A DNA stretch of 64,000 nucleotides, from assembly GCF_009914755.1 (NCBI RefSeq), contig NC_060940.1; one strand, written 5' to 3'. The notes beneath the pieces were generated by a model. That model was not told where the DNA came from, searched no databases, and saw nothing but the letters and a program-made list of their open reading frames with translations. Shown piece by piece: positions 1-13,660 of the stretch. How positions within the stretch are numbered: position 1 is the first letter of the stretch; each line of letters begins with the position of its first letter. This DNA comes from the human T2T-CHM13v2.0 reference genome, Homo sapiens. Made by a program: the position numbers and the translations under genes.

Positions 1-487
1 CTTGGTTTTAAAAAAAATCAAGGAAAGATAAAGGCACAAGATCTTTGGGGAAATCTATGACTATTCTCATGTGCACATATTTAGAGAATTATGCGCATAA
101 GGACTCTACCAGTAACATCCTGCTAACACAATTCTCATTGTAGGGACGACCTGGCTATTCCTTCACACTGGAAAGCTCTTGGTCCTGGACCTTACCAGGT
201 AACCTTCCTTCTAGCATTCAGCTTCCTGTGTAAATTTCACCTCCTCTGAGATGCCCCCATGGACTGTCCTCTTAATAGTAGCTTAAAACTCTAGATCATC
301 TTTGTTTTTTTCTATTATGTTGTTCCAAAATGTAATACCATATGAAATCCTCTTGTTGACTTGCTCTTGTTTGACTTACCTGACTCCACTGTGGTGGGAT
401 GTGAACACCACTAGAGGATGGTGCTGTCTTGGTTTCCACCGTCTCTAGAACCCAGACAAGAGCCTGGCTTGTAACAGGCACACGATT

Positions 488-668
488 CCATATTCCATCA
501 TGTCTAAGATGATCTCAATTGTGAGATGCATCACCATTACTGTGTGTGACATTAAAAAAAAGTGCTGCTGATTAAGCTCCAACCTGACAATGATGAAGAA
601 ACATAACCCAACCTTAGAGATGTTAAATTTCAAAAAAAAAAATGTGTCTTAGATACAACGAAATATGG
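488..668 (-). mobile_element. MER104/Kanga-type Tc2 MITE
   Basis: Degenerate TIRs CCATATTCCATCATGTCTAAGA and TCTTAGATACAACGAAATATGG, followed by TA. Confidence 0.7.
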
Positions 669-2036
669 TAAAGGTTTCCACACAGCGTTCTGTTCTTGAA
701 ATAATCACTCAAGCCCTGTAAAGACCAATGTGGAAGTTGTAGCGCTGCCCCTGAGCACAGTTCTCAGAGTGTGAGTGGAGGGAGAGAGTAAGGTAGGTGT
801 CAAAGAGGACCTGCAGATGGGGCCAATGCATCTGCAGCAAGGAACATTCTGGCCATTTCTGAGACTCATGATGATGTCACAGAGCTTTAGAACCCTAGTA
901 TACCCTAGACCACCCAAACGTCCCACAACCTATTGAATCTCACAACATATGTTTGGATAGCACTTCCCAGCCTACAACGCACTTTCTCAGGGATTCTCAA
1001 ACTTCCTCCCACCTCACATCCTTTTAAGGCAAGTGAGTGTGGGAACTCTGGTTCAGGGAAGTTAAATCACTTGCCTAAGGTCATGCAGATCATTAATGCC
1101 ATAGCCAAGACCTGAGCACGTTCTCCTAAAGCCAGGTCAGGCCTCTTGTCACATACTCCATTGACTCTAGTGCCTAACCCATGCTCATCACAGAGCTCAC
1201 ATTGGAACCATTGTTAAACAGACTCTAATGGAAATGACTTCGTTCAGCTGGTGAACATTTTGGAAGATTCCAGAAAAACATGAACAAGTGTTTGAGTGCT
1301 CTTAAGGGGATTGTCTAATATCTTGGCTCCTGACTCATCCTTAGAAGTCTTCCAGCCACCTTGTACCCATTTCAAGCCCAAGGGCTCTTTAACGTAAATG
1401 AGTTACTGAGCAGGTGAGAGAAAAAGTCTGGGCCCCTTTGAGGGGGTATATTTTGGAGCAGTTTGCTGTTTTCTTAAAGCTTGGGGAAGAGTGAGCAGTA
1501 ATCAATAGTGAAATCTGCCTGAATCTCGGAAGCTCGATGAAGGTGTTTTTGAAGCACATCACAGAGCTTGATTTTCTGTTATTTAGTGCCAAAAGTTATT
1601 ACCTCAGCAGCAGTGCAATGTCTAATTTATACCAAATTGTTAGCTGAAATCTATTAAAGTTTATTAGCCCCATCTCAGAATACAGTAACATCTCACTGCT
1701 TCAGTTCCTCTTTAAATTGAGCAGCTGGTTTAACTCTATTAGCTTTGAGGCTGAGATAAACTGGAGTCCACAGGAGCCATCCACAGCGCTGGGGAGAATG
1801 AGTACAGATGAAGCTCAGGGTATTTGGGGTGTTAGCTGCTACCAAACTGCTTCAGGCTTCATCTCTCTTGCTGCAGCCTCTACCCTGTTATTGTATTACC
1901 TACAGGATAGGGAGCGTCCTCAGAATTCAGAAAGCAGTTGTCAATGGGCTGGAGCTTTCAGCTGATAAGGAGGCATTTCTGGAATTGTGAGGGTGTTGGC
2001 CTACCACCAGGACTTGGGGCAACTTGAGTTGTCTGA

Positions 2037-2343
<307 letters not shown>

Positions 2344-3264
2344 AAGAAAGGGATTTTTTAAGACATTCCCCAAATTGCCAGCAAGCCCATGACGTCTAGA
2401 GCGCACTTCCAGCTGGATGGAGGAAGGACAAAAGATCTAACTTTACCAATAGAGAGATATTCTGACCTTAGGTCTATCCTATCTGTCTCCAGGGTAAGGA
2501 TCCCAAAGAAATCGGGCCACGCCCATATGGAAGCATTTAGGTAGAGGCTGAACGACCCTCCACAATGATACACAATGTTCAGTCATTTTGGACAGCCTGA
2601 AGCAGTGGGCATATTGGCCTTAAAAGTCACCCAGATCTGGTTGGAAAGCCAACCTCATTGCTTACTGGCTGCACAGTCTTGAAAAAGTGACCTGGCATTC
2701 TTGGTCCCAGTTTTCTCTCCAGGAAAAATGGCTTTTCATGACAGTTTGAGTATTGCACATGAAGCATCTAGCAAAGCCTCAAGCACATGGTAAATATGTA
2801 ATCAGCATTAGTTTCCTTATCTTTACCTCTCTTGGCATTTTACAGTCATTGAGTTAATTATATTTTCATTTTGCTCTATGCTTCTTTTAAGCTCCCTCGT
2901 GCTCATTATCTCAAGTCTGAAAAGAACCCAAAGAAGTAGGTGGAGCAGGAATTTATAGCCCTGTTTTACATGTTAGGAAATCCTTGATTTAGAGAGGTTA
3001 AGAAACCCACCCAATGTCACACTGTTCCTGTAGAAGGAGGTAAGAAGGCTGAGTTCCTAAATTCCACTCCAGCTCACCACGTGGTTATGATGCCGCAGAG
3101 TTCTATAAGGAAGATGGACTTCAGAAAAGCAACTAGCACACCAAGCCCCAATGTTAGGGCCAGAGATGTGTTGTCTCAGTGGTAGCAGAAGCAAATGTTA
3201 TTAGCTCCACTTTATAGCTAAGGAAAATTAAGCCCAGGAAATGAGTCCAGTGGAAGGAAGGCTT

Positions 3265-4150
3265 TCATTCCTTCATAAATATTAATTCAATAATTCAATA
3301 GAGTCTCCATACCTGCACTGTCTTAGGTGCAGGGAGATACCATGATAAAAGGGCAGACAATGTTGCTGCCCTCAAGGAGCTGACATTCTAGTGGAGGAAG
3401 ACAGATGCAAAAAGGAATGTATGCCCACATCACACAACTAAATTGTGGCATGATGGAGTTCAACAAAATATGGATACAGAGAGCAAGGTTTGAGGGTAAA
3501 TTTAACCAAGGTAGGGTAATCAGAGGAGCCTGATCTGAAAAGGCAGGAATTAAAATAAGCTCTAAAGGATTATTAGAAACTAGGGAGAGAGGAGCTGACT
3601 GGTAGAAATGGGGAGTGTTTCAGGGAGAGCAAAAAGCCCATTCAAAAACCTCATGCAAAGAAGAGTTGGGCAATTTGAAGAATTGAAATGAAACTCTAGG
3701 ACTGGGCACGGAGAATGTGAAGAAGTGAGGAGGGGTTGGAGCTGGAGAGATAGGTGGGACTGGATCCCATACAACTTGGTAGGTCATAGATTTTATTGTA
3801 AGTAAAACTGGAACCTCAATGGCAGGGTATTAAACAAGGAAATGACATGACTAATTTATAATTTAAGATTACCCTCTGCTGTAGGACGAAAATAGAGTGG
3901 GGGGGTTGTGGAAAATGGACCTACAGCATAGTAGGTCATGGGTTTTATTGTAAATAAAATTGGAACTTCAGTGGAGAGGTATAAAACAAGAAAGTGACAT
4001 GATTAATGCACAATTTAAGAAGATTGCCCTCTGCTCTAGGGTGAAAAATGGATGGGGCAGGGGGCCAAGCATGGAAGCAGGTTGGCAAGTTGGGAGGCCA
4101 TTCCAGTTGGGGCAAGAGATAATGATGGCTTTTCTTGGACTGGTAGAGAC
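3265..4150 (-). mobile_element. L2 fragment with an internal tandem duplication
   Basis: CTGCCCTCAAGGAGCTGACATTCTAGTGG and other L2 motifs. Confidence 0.75.
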
Positions 4151-6769
4151 TTAAGAGGAGGCTTTACTGCAGACAGAGAGTGGTTAAAGCTACAACCAAA
4201 ACCAGAGCCTGGGTCTCCTAATTGTCCAGCTGGATCCTGTAAACTGACCATGCTCTGATGGTATATGGGACAAAGGAAGATGACTGGTGGGGAAATAAGA
4301 AGGTCATTAAGAGAATACATCTAGAACACTGCACCCAAACTAGAGTCCACAGCCCCTCAGGGTCCACACACATTCTCTCCAAAATAAATTTTCATTTCAC
4401 ATGAAGTTTCAGAGACAAGCAAGAATAAATCAATGGAAGCATGTTGTGGATTATTTGCATGGCCACCTTCTCATTGAGTTCAGCCATATGATTTCAGAAA
4501 AGACTTTGCTTTTGTAATTTGCCATCCTCTAGGCTCCTAATACTACTACCTGTGTTACCTGCAGAAAAGAACAGAGAAAGATCCAGTGCAAAAACTCATA
4601 GGAAATGATCAATTCATGCCAAGTGATGAGAACTAGAGAAGAGAGATGAGAGCATTGTTCATACACGATGGTCTAGGTCTCCTACCCCAAGAGAACTTGC
4701 AACAAAGCCCAAAGTACAACAGCCACGTTTAAAGAGAAGATTCCATTTCAGCCAGACAACATGATTCATCATATTTATTTAATATTGTTAATTTGAATTT
4801 TATTAGATCTGTACTGATGTTTGTATTTAATTTCTAATTTGTTTTGGTTTCATAATTCACTAAAACAATAAGCACAAAGAGTTTCTATCTGACTTTATAT
4901 ATTAACATTTTAATAAAAGTCTTTTATATACTCATTGGGATCCATGGTAATTATTTTCCTCTCAAAAGGGTCTGTATATAACTCAAGTTTGAGAAACCCT
5001 AGTCTCAATGAAATAAAAATCAAACAATGGGCTGCCCTATTCTAGACTACATGATTTTGCTTTTTAGTGGTGGCAGGGAGGAAGAAGGAGTACCAGGAAG
5101 AGGAATCATTTATTCTTCCTGGTACAACTCCCAGAAGGTGCAAAATCTGCTAAAAGTTAAGTTTAAAAGAATGGGCTTAAATTATGTTAATTTATTATTG
5201 GACTCTCCCATTACAGTAGAGTATAGTTTCTACCTCTTAAAATGAAAAGCAAGTCGTGGTTTTCAGAATCCCATAGGAAGAAGCTCAGTGAGTTCAACTC
5301 ATGAAGTTCTCCTTCTAACACTGGAATGATTGTGGATTCTTGGGTCTGTTTCCTGACAAAGTAGTTAGCTTGAAGGCAAGCGCCATGCCCTGTGGAAACT
5401 AAGTTCCTATTCCCCTTCTCAGCCTCACATGGAGTGGAACTGTGGGTAAAATCATCAGGACTTTTAAATTTTTCTTTCTCCTCCTTCTTTTGGTTGTCTC
5501 CTGGGCCTATCATGTAAATAAACCATGCACATAAGCAGCAGAATTCTGAAGCTATTGTACAGGGTAATGTTGACTTTTCGTGAAGGAGAGGAGGTCAAAA
5601 ACAGTGGGTGTTATTTTCTATGTGGCACTCAAAGTATTCAAGGTAAGCTTGAGTATTCTGGGGTGAATATTTTTTAAAAGAGACAAAGATAATTTTTGCC
5701 CAAGACTTGCACTGATGAACAGTGCCATTCATCAGCTCTCTGATGAAGCATATAGAAATTCCAACACCTAAAAAATGGAGGCAGGACATCAGAAGACCCA
5801 GACCAGGAAAGTGAGCTTGGACAGAAAGAACAGGTGACTACTGATGTCTTGACAGTGCTTCTGTTCACCCAGCTCCAGGATGGAATGGTCCATCCAAAAT
5901 TCAAGAGAGAATGAAAGCCAGTTGTGATAGCCCAGAGAAGGTGGTGGCTACTAAAACAGATTTCCTTTGTTTTGTTCATCCCACTGACCTCTGTCACTCG
6001 TCATTCCCAAGGTACACAGAGCGCATTCCTGCCCCATTGCTTTTTAGGTAAACATTAAACAGCACTGCACATGGAAAGAAGCCAAAGTGTTTGATAATTC
6101 ATCAGCAGCAGCAAACCTGAGTGTTTCTGTGCAATGCAAATTGCTTTGGCTTCCACACAGCTCCTGTCGCTTCAAGTGCGGATGGTAAATAGCCTTCCTT
6201 GGGATTACTATCAAGTATTCATTTTAACAACATTAATTTACAACGTGCTATCCCACTTTACATTGTGCTACATGACTTATTCACAGAGCCAGCCCTTCGG
6301 CGCCTGATGTTGATTCATTCTAATCACCGCACTTGCCTGTGATTTTTAGGTTAATGGGACCTGGACTGGAAAAGGATTGTTTGTGTGGGAATCATTCATG
6401 GCAAAGGCAGTGACACCTCCTTCAAAAACCTGTGTCTTTCTGGCAGAGTGTTGCTGGAGATGGCCACTGGAGAGGCTGAGTCAAATCAATCTCCTCACCT
6501 GAGGACTTCCTAAGACCAGCGCACTGAAGGACCAGCAGCAACAACAACAATAATGCTAATGCTCCCTTATGGTAAGTTACACTTTCCAAGTCCCATCTAA
6601 TCTATTATTCTCACAATAACCCTATAAGGTAAATACAGTGGGTGGTTTAAGAGTATGGGATCTGGAGACTGTGTCTTGGGTAGAAACTTGATCTATTACT
6701 TTCTAGCCAAGTGACCTTGGGCAAGTGACTCAATCTTTATTTCCCTCAATTTCCTCATCTTAAAAAATG

Positions 6770-7377
6770 ATATATAATAGCTGTACATATTTTGGGGGTA
6801 CACGTGATATTTTGAGACCTGTGTACAATCCAGAATGATCAAATCAGGATTGGGATACCCATTACCTCAAACATTTATCATTTGTTTGTGTTGGAAACAG
6901 AACAATTTTTCTCTTCTGGCTACTTTGAAATATGCAATAAATTATTATTAACTATAATTTCTCTACTGTTCTATAGAATATTAGATATACTATATTATAT
7001 TAGTAATATGTAGTATATTAATACTATAATACTAGAACTTATTCCTTCTATTTAACTGTATGTTTGTATTCATTAACCAACTTCTCATCCACCCTCCACA
7101 CTACCCTTCTATGCCTCTGATAACCATCACTCGACTATCTAACAAATATGGTATTTGTCTTTCTTTGCCTTTCTTATTTCACTTAACACAATGACCTCTA
7201 GTTCCATCCATCTTGCTGCAAACGACAGGAGTTCTTTCTTTTTTATGGCCGAATAGTATTCCACTGTGTTTATATGTAACATTTTCTTTGTCCATTCATC
7301 CACTGATGAGCACTTAGGTTGATTCCATTTCTTGGCTCTTGTGAACAGGGCTTCAGAGACCATGGGAGTTCAGATAC
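6770..7377 (-). mobile_element. L1MA 3' fragment inserted into a MIR (MIR at 6637-6769 and 7378-7500)
   Basis: Antisense L1 3'UTR and ORF2 end (ORF track 7139-7363 WNQPKCSSVDEW...); TSD-like TCATCTT(A/T)AAAA. Confidence 0.88.
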
Positions 7378-7509
7378 TTCATCTTTAAAATGGGGATAGC
7401 AATCATAGTTACTACACAGGGTTGTTGGCAAGTAAGTGGATTGTTACAGTAAAGCAGGTAGAACAGAAACTGGCACGTGGATTATGGTAGTTCATAAACA
7501 GTACTGTTT

Positions 7510-7830
7510 CTCTTCTTTCCTGTCCAGGACAAGACTGCAATTCTCTGCCTGCTGAAGCTCAGCTATGACCACGTGACTTGCCTTGGCCAATGAAAGAGGA
7601 AGAGTATGTAACACTGCTGAATGGAAGCAAGTGGCCCCTGCCCCTGCTGCAGAGATTCTAGACATGTGTGCCATGCTGGAGCAAGGAGACAGGGAGTCCT
7701 GGAGAAAGGAGACATGGAACAGAGCTCCCAGCCCAGTCAATATGTAACATGAGTGAGAAATAAATAACACTTTGTTGCTAGAAGTTTTTTTTAAACTGAA
7801 GTATAACTCAGCTTCCCCTGACCCATGCAG
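7510..7830 (+). mobile_element. MLT1 LTR fragment
   Basis: CACGTGACTTGCCTTGGCCAATGAAA...CATGAGTGAGAAATAAA. Confidence 0.65.
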
Positions 7831-8108
7831 AAAGTCATCTATCAATGTTAAGTATCACTAAATTTATTTTACAGAAGAAGAATCTAAAGCTCAGAGTAGT
7901 GGTCTCAATATCACTCAGCAATTATGTGATGGAAGCATACTGAAGGCCCACGTTTTAAAGTGGACACCAAGGGGAATATAGCATAAATAGAAATTTTCTA
8001 ACTGCAGGGAATTCTTGCTATACAACTGCAAAGAATAGGCCCCACTACTTCCTAGCTGTGCCTCAATTTCCTGATCAGTTAAATGGGACTAATAAAAGAG
8101 CAGCTAGT

Positions 8109-8422
8109 GGCTGGGTGCGGTGGCTCACGCCTGTAATCCCAGCACTTTGGGAGGCCGAGGCGGGCAGATCAAGAGGTCAGGAGATCGAGACCACAGTGAA
8201 ACCCCGTCTCTACTAAAAATACAAAAAATTAGCTGTGCGCAGTGGCGGGTGCCTGTAGTCCCAGCTACTCGGGAGGCTGAGGTAGGAGAATGTCGTTAAC
8301 TCGGAAGGCGGAGCTTGCAGTGAGCCGAGATCGCGCCACTGCACTCCAGTCTGGGCGACAGAGGGAGACTCTGTCTCAAAAAAAACGACAACAACAAAAA
8401 AAAAAAAAAAAAAAAAAAAAAG
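8109..8422 (+). mobile_element. AluY with the ~12-bp left-arm deletion (Yd/Yc3-type), inserted in a MIR
   Basis: GAGATCGAGACCACAGTGAAACCCC lacks TCCTGGCTAACA; carries GCGCAGTGG and CGGAAGGCGG variants; TSD AAAGAG(C/T)AGCTAGT at 8095-8108 and 8423-8436. Confidence 0.9.
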
Positions 8423-8999
8423 AAAGAGTAGCTAGTGCAAGAGATGGAGAAGGGATTAAATGAAAATACATGTAAATTGCTCATAAGATTATCTAGAATA
8501 AACCGAACATTCAAAAATGTTAGTTACTATTATTATTAACAATTGCTATTATAATCCTAATATCACCTGTTTCTCATCAGTCGGTGGATACAAGCAATTA
8601 CATTTACATAAATATGTAAAGCAATAAAGCCAAACCAGAGACTCCTAATCGCCTTCCTGCTTAGTGCTTCTTCATCCTGTTAATTTAATTCCGGTCTCTA
8701 CCTCCACGGGGCCAATTCCTCCTACTGTGGAACATCTCCTTTACCAAGAAGCCTTTCCTGCTCACTTTCACCCAAGACTGTTATGTGCTCCCATAGAACC
8801 TGATACCACATGTTCATAAGATGCGTCCTGGGTCTTTTTACCATTGGTCAAGGTCTATCTTCCCAGCTGGATTGGAAGCTCCATGAGGGAATATACCTGT
8901 CACGTTCACAATGGTAGGAGCTCGATATTTATTCATAAGAAAAAATAAACAGATAGACACAGGGACAGATGCTATCAGCAGCCACTTACAGAAGAAGCA

Positions 9000-9760
9000 C
9001 CTTTAGCAACAAACATGTCAAATGGTGCTCAGTTTCACTAATATTAAAGAAATGTACAAAAAAAGAGATTATTTTCACTAAAGAGATGGGCCAAAAACCA
9101 AAAGCCAACATTGATAACATTAAGTGCAGGAAACAGTAGGGAGAGGAGAGCAGATTCATACTGTATTAAAACATTGGTACAATATTTGGAGGGTAACTTA
9201 CCAGTATCCATTAAAATGTTACATGTGACCTAATAATTCTATTTCTGGGATTCTACTCTACAAAAATAATAGTGTGAGTATGTAAAGATAAATATGCAAG
9301 TGTTCTCATTACAGTATTTTTTGTAACAGTAAATAAAATTGAAACAATTTAGAATGCCCATCTTTGGGGAATTGGTTAAGTAAAATCTGGTACATCTATA
9401 TGATGAAATATTACATCATAATATAAATTTTTATTGTATGATTCACTAGAGTAGAAGCTTTGTCTTGTTCACCACTAAAAAAACACCAGGCATATAGACA
9501 GTGATCACTAAATATTTGTTGTATACATTAATGAATATATGGTAATTGAAACATTTTAATGATATAGAATTAAGAGAAAAGATTTAGCCATTTTGAGTAA
9601 CATCCAAATATTGTTTTCAAATGCATGTAGTTGAAAAACTTGCTCAAAATTGTATATGTGAATAGATAGATAAATAGATGGGCAAATAGGAGGTACATAG
9701 ATAGAGGAATAACTTTGCTCCATAATTTTAACAATGCTTTTCTTTGGAAGGTGAATCTGA
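9000..9760 (+). mobile_element. Old L1M (L1ME/MC-like) 3' fragment
   Basis: ATAATTCTATTTCTGGGATTCTAC...TTGAAACAATTTAGAATGCCCATC...TCTGGTACATCTATATGATGAAATATTA. Confidence 0.65.
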
Positions 9761-10366
9761 TAGTGCTGGAGTTTGTAAGGAGTGGAGAGGCAATTCTTTC
9801 CTTCTCATTTTGAATAATTCATTTAACCCCTGATATTACAGATTAGTTTTCTTTCTTTTTGCTACTTTTCTGAATGTGTCAAATGAAAAACATTTTTATC
9901 ATATAATAAATAATGATTGTTTGTCGGAACAATCCTAGTATGGAAAATTAGGAACTAAGACCCCTTCAAAGTCACACTCACTTATTTCTGTAATCCTCAA
10001 AGGAAGTTTTTGCCCCTACCCAACCTATTTTTTTAAAAAGCAGCCAAGTATATCAATGGGCATTCGTTGATGGAAAAGGGAAGGTTGCTTATACAAGTAC
10101 TTTCTGGACTCAGCTCAGCTAAGCAAATACACGCATGAGCCTTTGAATGAGATGGAGTTGGAAGGAGGGAGATAGAAAGATGAAGAAATCATCCTCCAAA
10201 AGATTACCATTTTGTAAATGGATCATGAAAATTGTGATTTACCACAAATCACTACAAGCTAGCAGACCTTGATTTGAACTCTCTGTTCCAACGTAACTGT
10301 GTGACTATGCAAAAGTTATTTCAATTCTTTGAACTCAGCTCTCTTATCTGTAAAAGGAGAGTCATC

Positions 10367-11255
10367 TATTAGGGTAATTAGCATTAACTGCTCTGACAAA
10401 CAAACCCCAAATTTCAATAGTTTAATACAATCAAAATTAATTTCTCACTCACACAAAATTCAGTATTTATGTTCCTGGTTGGGTGGTTCTACCAGATAGC
10501 TTTCTACCCAGTAGTGTGTCTTAAACTGGGTCCCACAGTGAGAAAAGGCAAAGGCTTATGTGGAAGTGCTTTGTTAGGAAGTATGGTATCAGAGAACAAC
10601 AGTGAAAACAAGGAGAGTATAGCAGGTAGAGGAAAAGTGAGCACAAGGATGCCTTGTTGCATTGTCTGCCACTGAGGGCAGTGGGCTGTGTGGTCCTGCG
10701 GACTCAAAAAAAAAATCATAAAATGGGCCATAAGACTATATGTCTTGTAGGATAAGGGTGAAGTGTTTATCCCATTGGCTCCCATCCCCTTGAATCAAAA
10801 CTTTACCCCAACGAGGCTTTCCCACTTGTCCCCATGTCTGTCCTCCATATGTTCTCCAGCACCACTGAAGCCCTTGGTGTACATATAAGAGTTGCATGAC
10901 TGAATTCTCATGGAGAGCCGGCAACCATAGCAGTGGCTGGAGCATTGTCCAAGTGAGACCTTGAGAATCTGAAGGGGTGCATTTGAGATGTCTCATGCAT
11001 AGAGACCCAGGGAGGTGAGTACAAAGGGTATAGGCTTCTTCCATATTACAGCCTGACCATCTTCACCCATGGCCTCCATGCCTCGGAAGGGGAAGATGGA
11101 GAAAAAGAAAAAGCCAGGCCTGGAGGTAGCAAATGTCATTCCTACCCACATTCCACTGATCAGATCTTGTCACACACACCTCCATCTTCCCATCAAAAGG
11201 AATATCTTAAAAATATACCCTTCCTGAGAGCCCAAGAGAAAAAAAGAAATGATTT
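10367..11255 (-). mobile_element. Old MLT1 LTR with a nested LTR-like insert (~10510-11050)
   Basis: ACAAACAAACCCCAAATTTCAATAG start and CCCACATTCCACTGATCAGA end; internal segment differs. Confidence 0.5.
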
Positions 11256-11883
11256 GGTGAAAAGATAACCTGTTTCTTCCACTGGCTACACTGGCAATCT
11301 CTCGTAGCTGTTGAGGGCTCTGAGATCATGTATGTTCCAGGAACTGGATGTTCCAGGCACATAGAGGGCAGTTGACAAATGATACCTCTAATTAACATTC
11401 TGCAAAATGAAAATTATATTTGGCTCTAAAAGGTATTCCTCTATGAGAAAGCTAGAAAAATGACCTCAGCTAGCAGAGATCTTATTCAAAAGTAGGAGGA
11501 TTGGTGCTAATTTTGCCCATATAATGGACTTACGGTTACACTCCCTATTGTCTGAGCATCATGAAATGAAATTGCCAAGCATGACTTGGGCAGAGGGTTA
11601 CACACAGGAAACCAGCCCCCTTGCTACCAAGTTAGGCCATTGCTGTGGACCTGTACAGGCAAGTATCACATTCTTATTGAATGTCTCTCCCGCCAAGTGG
11701 ACAATTACTAACCAGATGAAACAACATTACCCAGGGGTTCAGGAAAGGAGTGCTCACCTTTATACTCTGCCTGGAATTCTCTTACCTTGTAGCTTCACAG
11801 GGATAAGGTGATCTTTGCCTATACCCTGGTTTAAAGTTGGGGAAATAGGATAAGTGTCTGGCATCCAAACTCTGCTTGGCCTC

Positions 11884-12738
11884 TGTGATTGTTAATTTTA
11901 GGTCTCAATTTGACTGCATTAAGGTATACCCAGATAGCTGGTAAAGCATTATTTCTGGGTGTGTCTGTGGGGGTGTTTCCAGAAGAGACGCATTTAAATC
12001 AGTGGACTGAGTAAGGAAGATCCACCCTCATCCTATGTGAGTGGGTACTATCTAATGAGCTGAGGGCCTGGACAGATTAAAAAAGCAGAGGAAAAGTGAA
12101 TGCTCTCTCTCTTCTGGAGCCAGAATACCCTTCTACTCCTGTCCTTGGACATCAGAGCTTCAGATTCTCTGGCCTTTGGATTCTGGAGCTGGCATTAGCT
12201 CCCCTGGTTCTCCAGATGACCTATGGTGAGTCTTCTCAGCCTCCATAATCATGTGAGCCAATTCCCCTAATAAGTCCCCTGTCACATATCTATGTCTATC
12301 TCTAGCTGTATCTCTATAGCCACATCTATATCTCTATCTCTCTATCTATCTATCTATACATCTATCTATCTCTCATCTCTCTGTCTAACCTATCCATCTA
12401 TTTATCTATCTATTCATCTATCTATCTATCTATCTATCATCTATCTCTGTGTCTGCCTGTCTAACCTACCATCTAATTATCTATCTATTCATCTATATAC
12501 ACATCCATCCATCTATTTATCTGTTCATTTGTCTATCCATCTATCTATTCATCTATCTGTACATCTATCAATTCATCTATTATTTATTATCTAATATATA
12601 ATTTATCTATCCATCTAATCTATCATCTATCTATCTATCTATCTGTCTATCTATCTATCTACTTATCTATATATCCATCCATCCATCCATTCATCCATCC
12701 TATTGGTTCTGTCTCTCTGGAAAACCTTGATTAATACA
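11884..12738 (+). mobile_element. MLT2B ERVL solo LTR
   Basis: TGTGATTGTTAATTTTAGG...GGTAAAGCATTATTTCTGGGTGTGTCTGTG...CCTATTGGTTCTGTCTCTCTGG...TAATACA. Confidence 0.9.
12288..12700. repeat. Compound (TATC)n/(CATC)n microsatellite inside MLT2B
   Basis: About 410 bp of degenerate TCTA/TCCA tetramers. Confidence 0.95.
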
Positions 12739-12944
12739 GCAGCCATTTTAAAAATACTTACTGATCAGGTGCAATGTGCCAGGCTCTCTGCTAAGTGCTG
12801 GGGACACAGCAGAAATGAGTCAGAAGGTCATAGTTTTGGTCCAGTGAGAGAGAAAGACATTGAGTAATAACCACACAAATAAAGATCTAATTACAAGTTG
12901 GAGAAGTGTGATAAAGGAAAAATACAAAGTTCTATGACAGTTGC

Positions 12945-13320
12945 CATATAGTGCCCATCCTCCCTTTCTCATTCACCACCAGAACTCTACTTTTTAGCTG
13001 ATATAAAGCCTTCAAAAACAAAACAAAACAAAAAAAGATTAGATTCCCTCAGACTCTTTTGCAGATAGGTGTGGTCATCTGACTAAATCCTAGACAATAG
13101 GATATGAGTAAAAGTGGAGGGTTGTTCTACTTTCTTTTCTTCCTTCTAATTGGTTGGAAGTCAGATGTGATGGCAGGAGCTACAGCAACATTTCTGGACT
13201 TCCAGTCAGAAGCCATGTTGAAGAAGGAGCCTGGTCCTTCATGACCGTGCAGCTGCCTAACACCCTTTAACCCACACTTCTGCATGCGAGAGAAAGAAAC
13301 ACTGCTATTTGAAAATCTAT
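12945..13320 (+). mobile_element. MLT1 LTR fragment within an L2
   Basis: GCAGATAGGTGTGGTCATCTGACT...GATGTGATGGCAGGAGCTACAGC. Confidence 0.6.
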
Positions 13321-13660
13321 TTGTTGAGAAAGCAGGGCCTGTTTTTAGTAAGACTGTCTAACATGAGAGTTGAAAAGGAACTAAGCACATGAAAAGTGAA
13401 GGGGAAGTGCTCCAGGCAGAAGGAATCTCAGGTGCAATAAACTGAAAGAAAGTCAGAGTAGCTTAAAGGCAAACAGCAAGAAGAAAGTGATGTGGAGTGA
13501 AGTAAGCAGGGGATGGCTTTGCAATTAAATAGGTGTTCATTCCTGGTCCTGTCATTTACCTCATAAGTCCTCAGTTTCCATATCTGTTAAGTGGGAATAA
13601 CGAGCAGCCTTCTGCTCCCAGGTTTGCTGTAATGATCCAATGATAGGTTGAGAGGAGGAA

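Noticed and set aside
12292-12594. 100-aa SIYL-repeat ORF
   Set aside because: Translation of the (TATC)n microsatellite.
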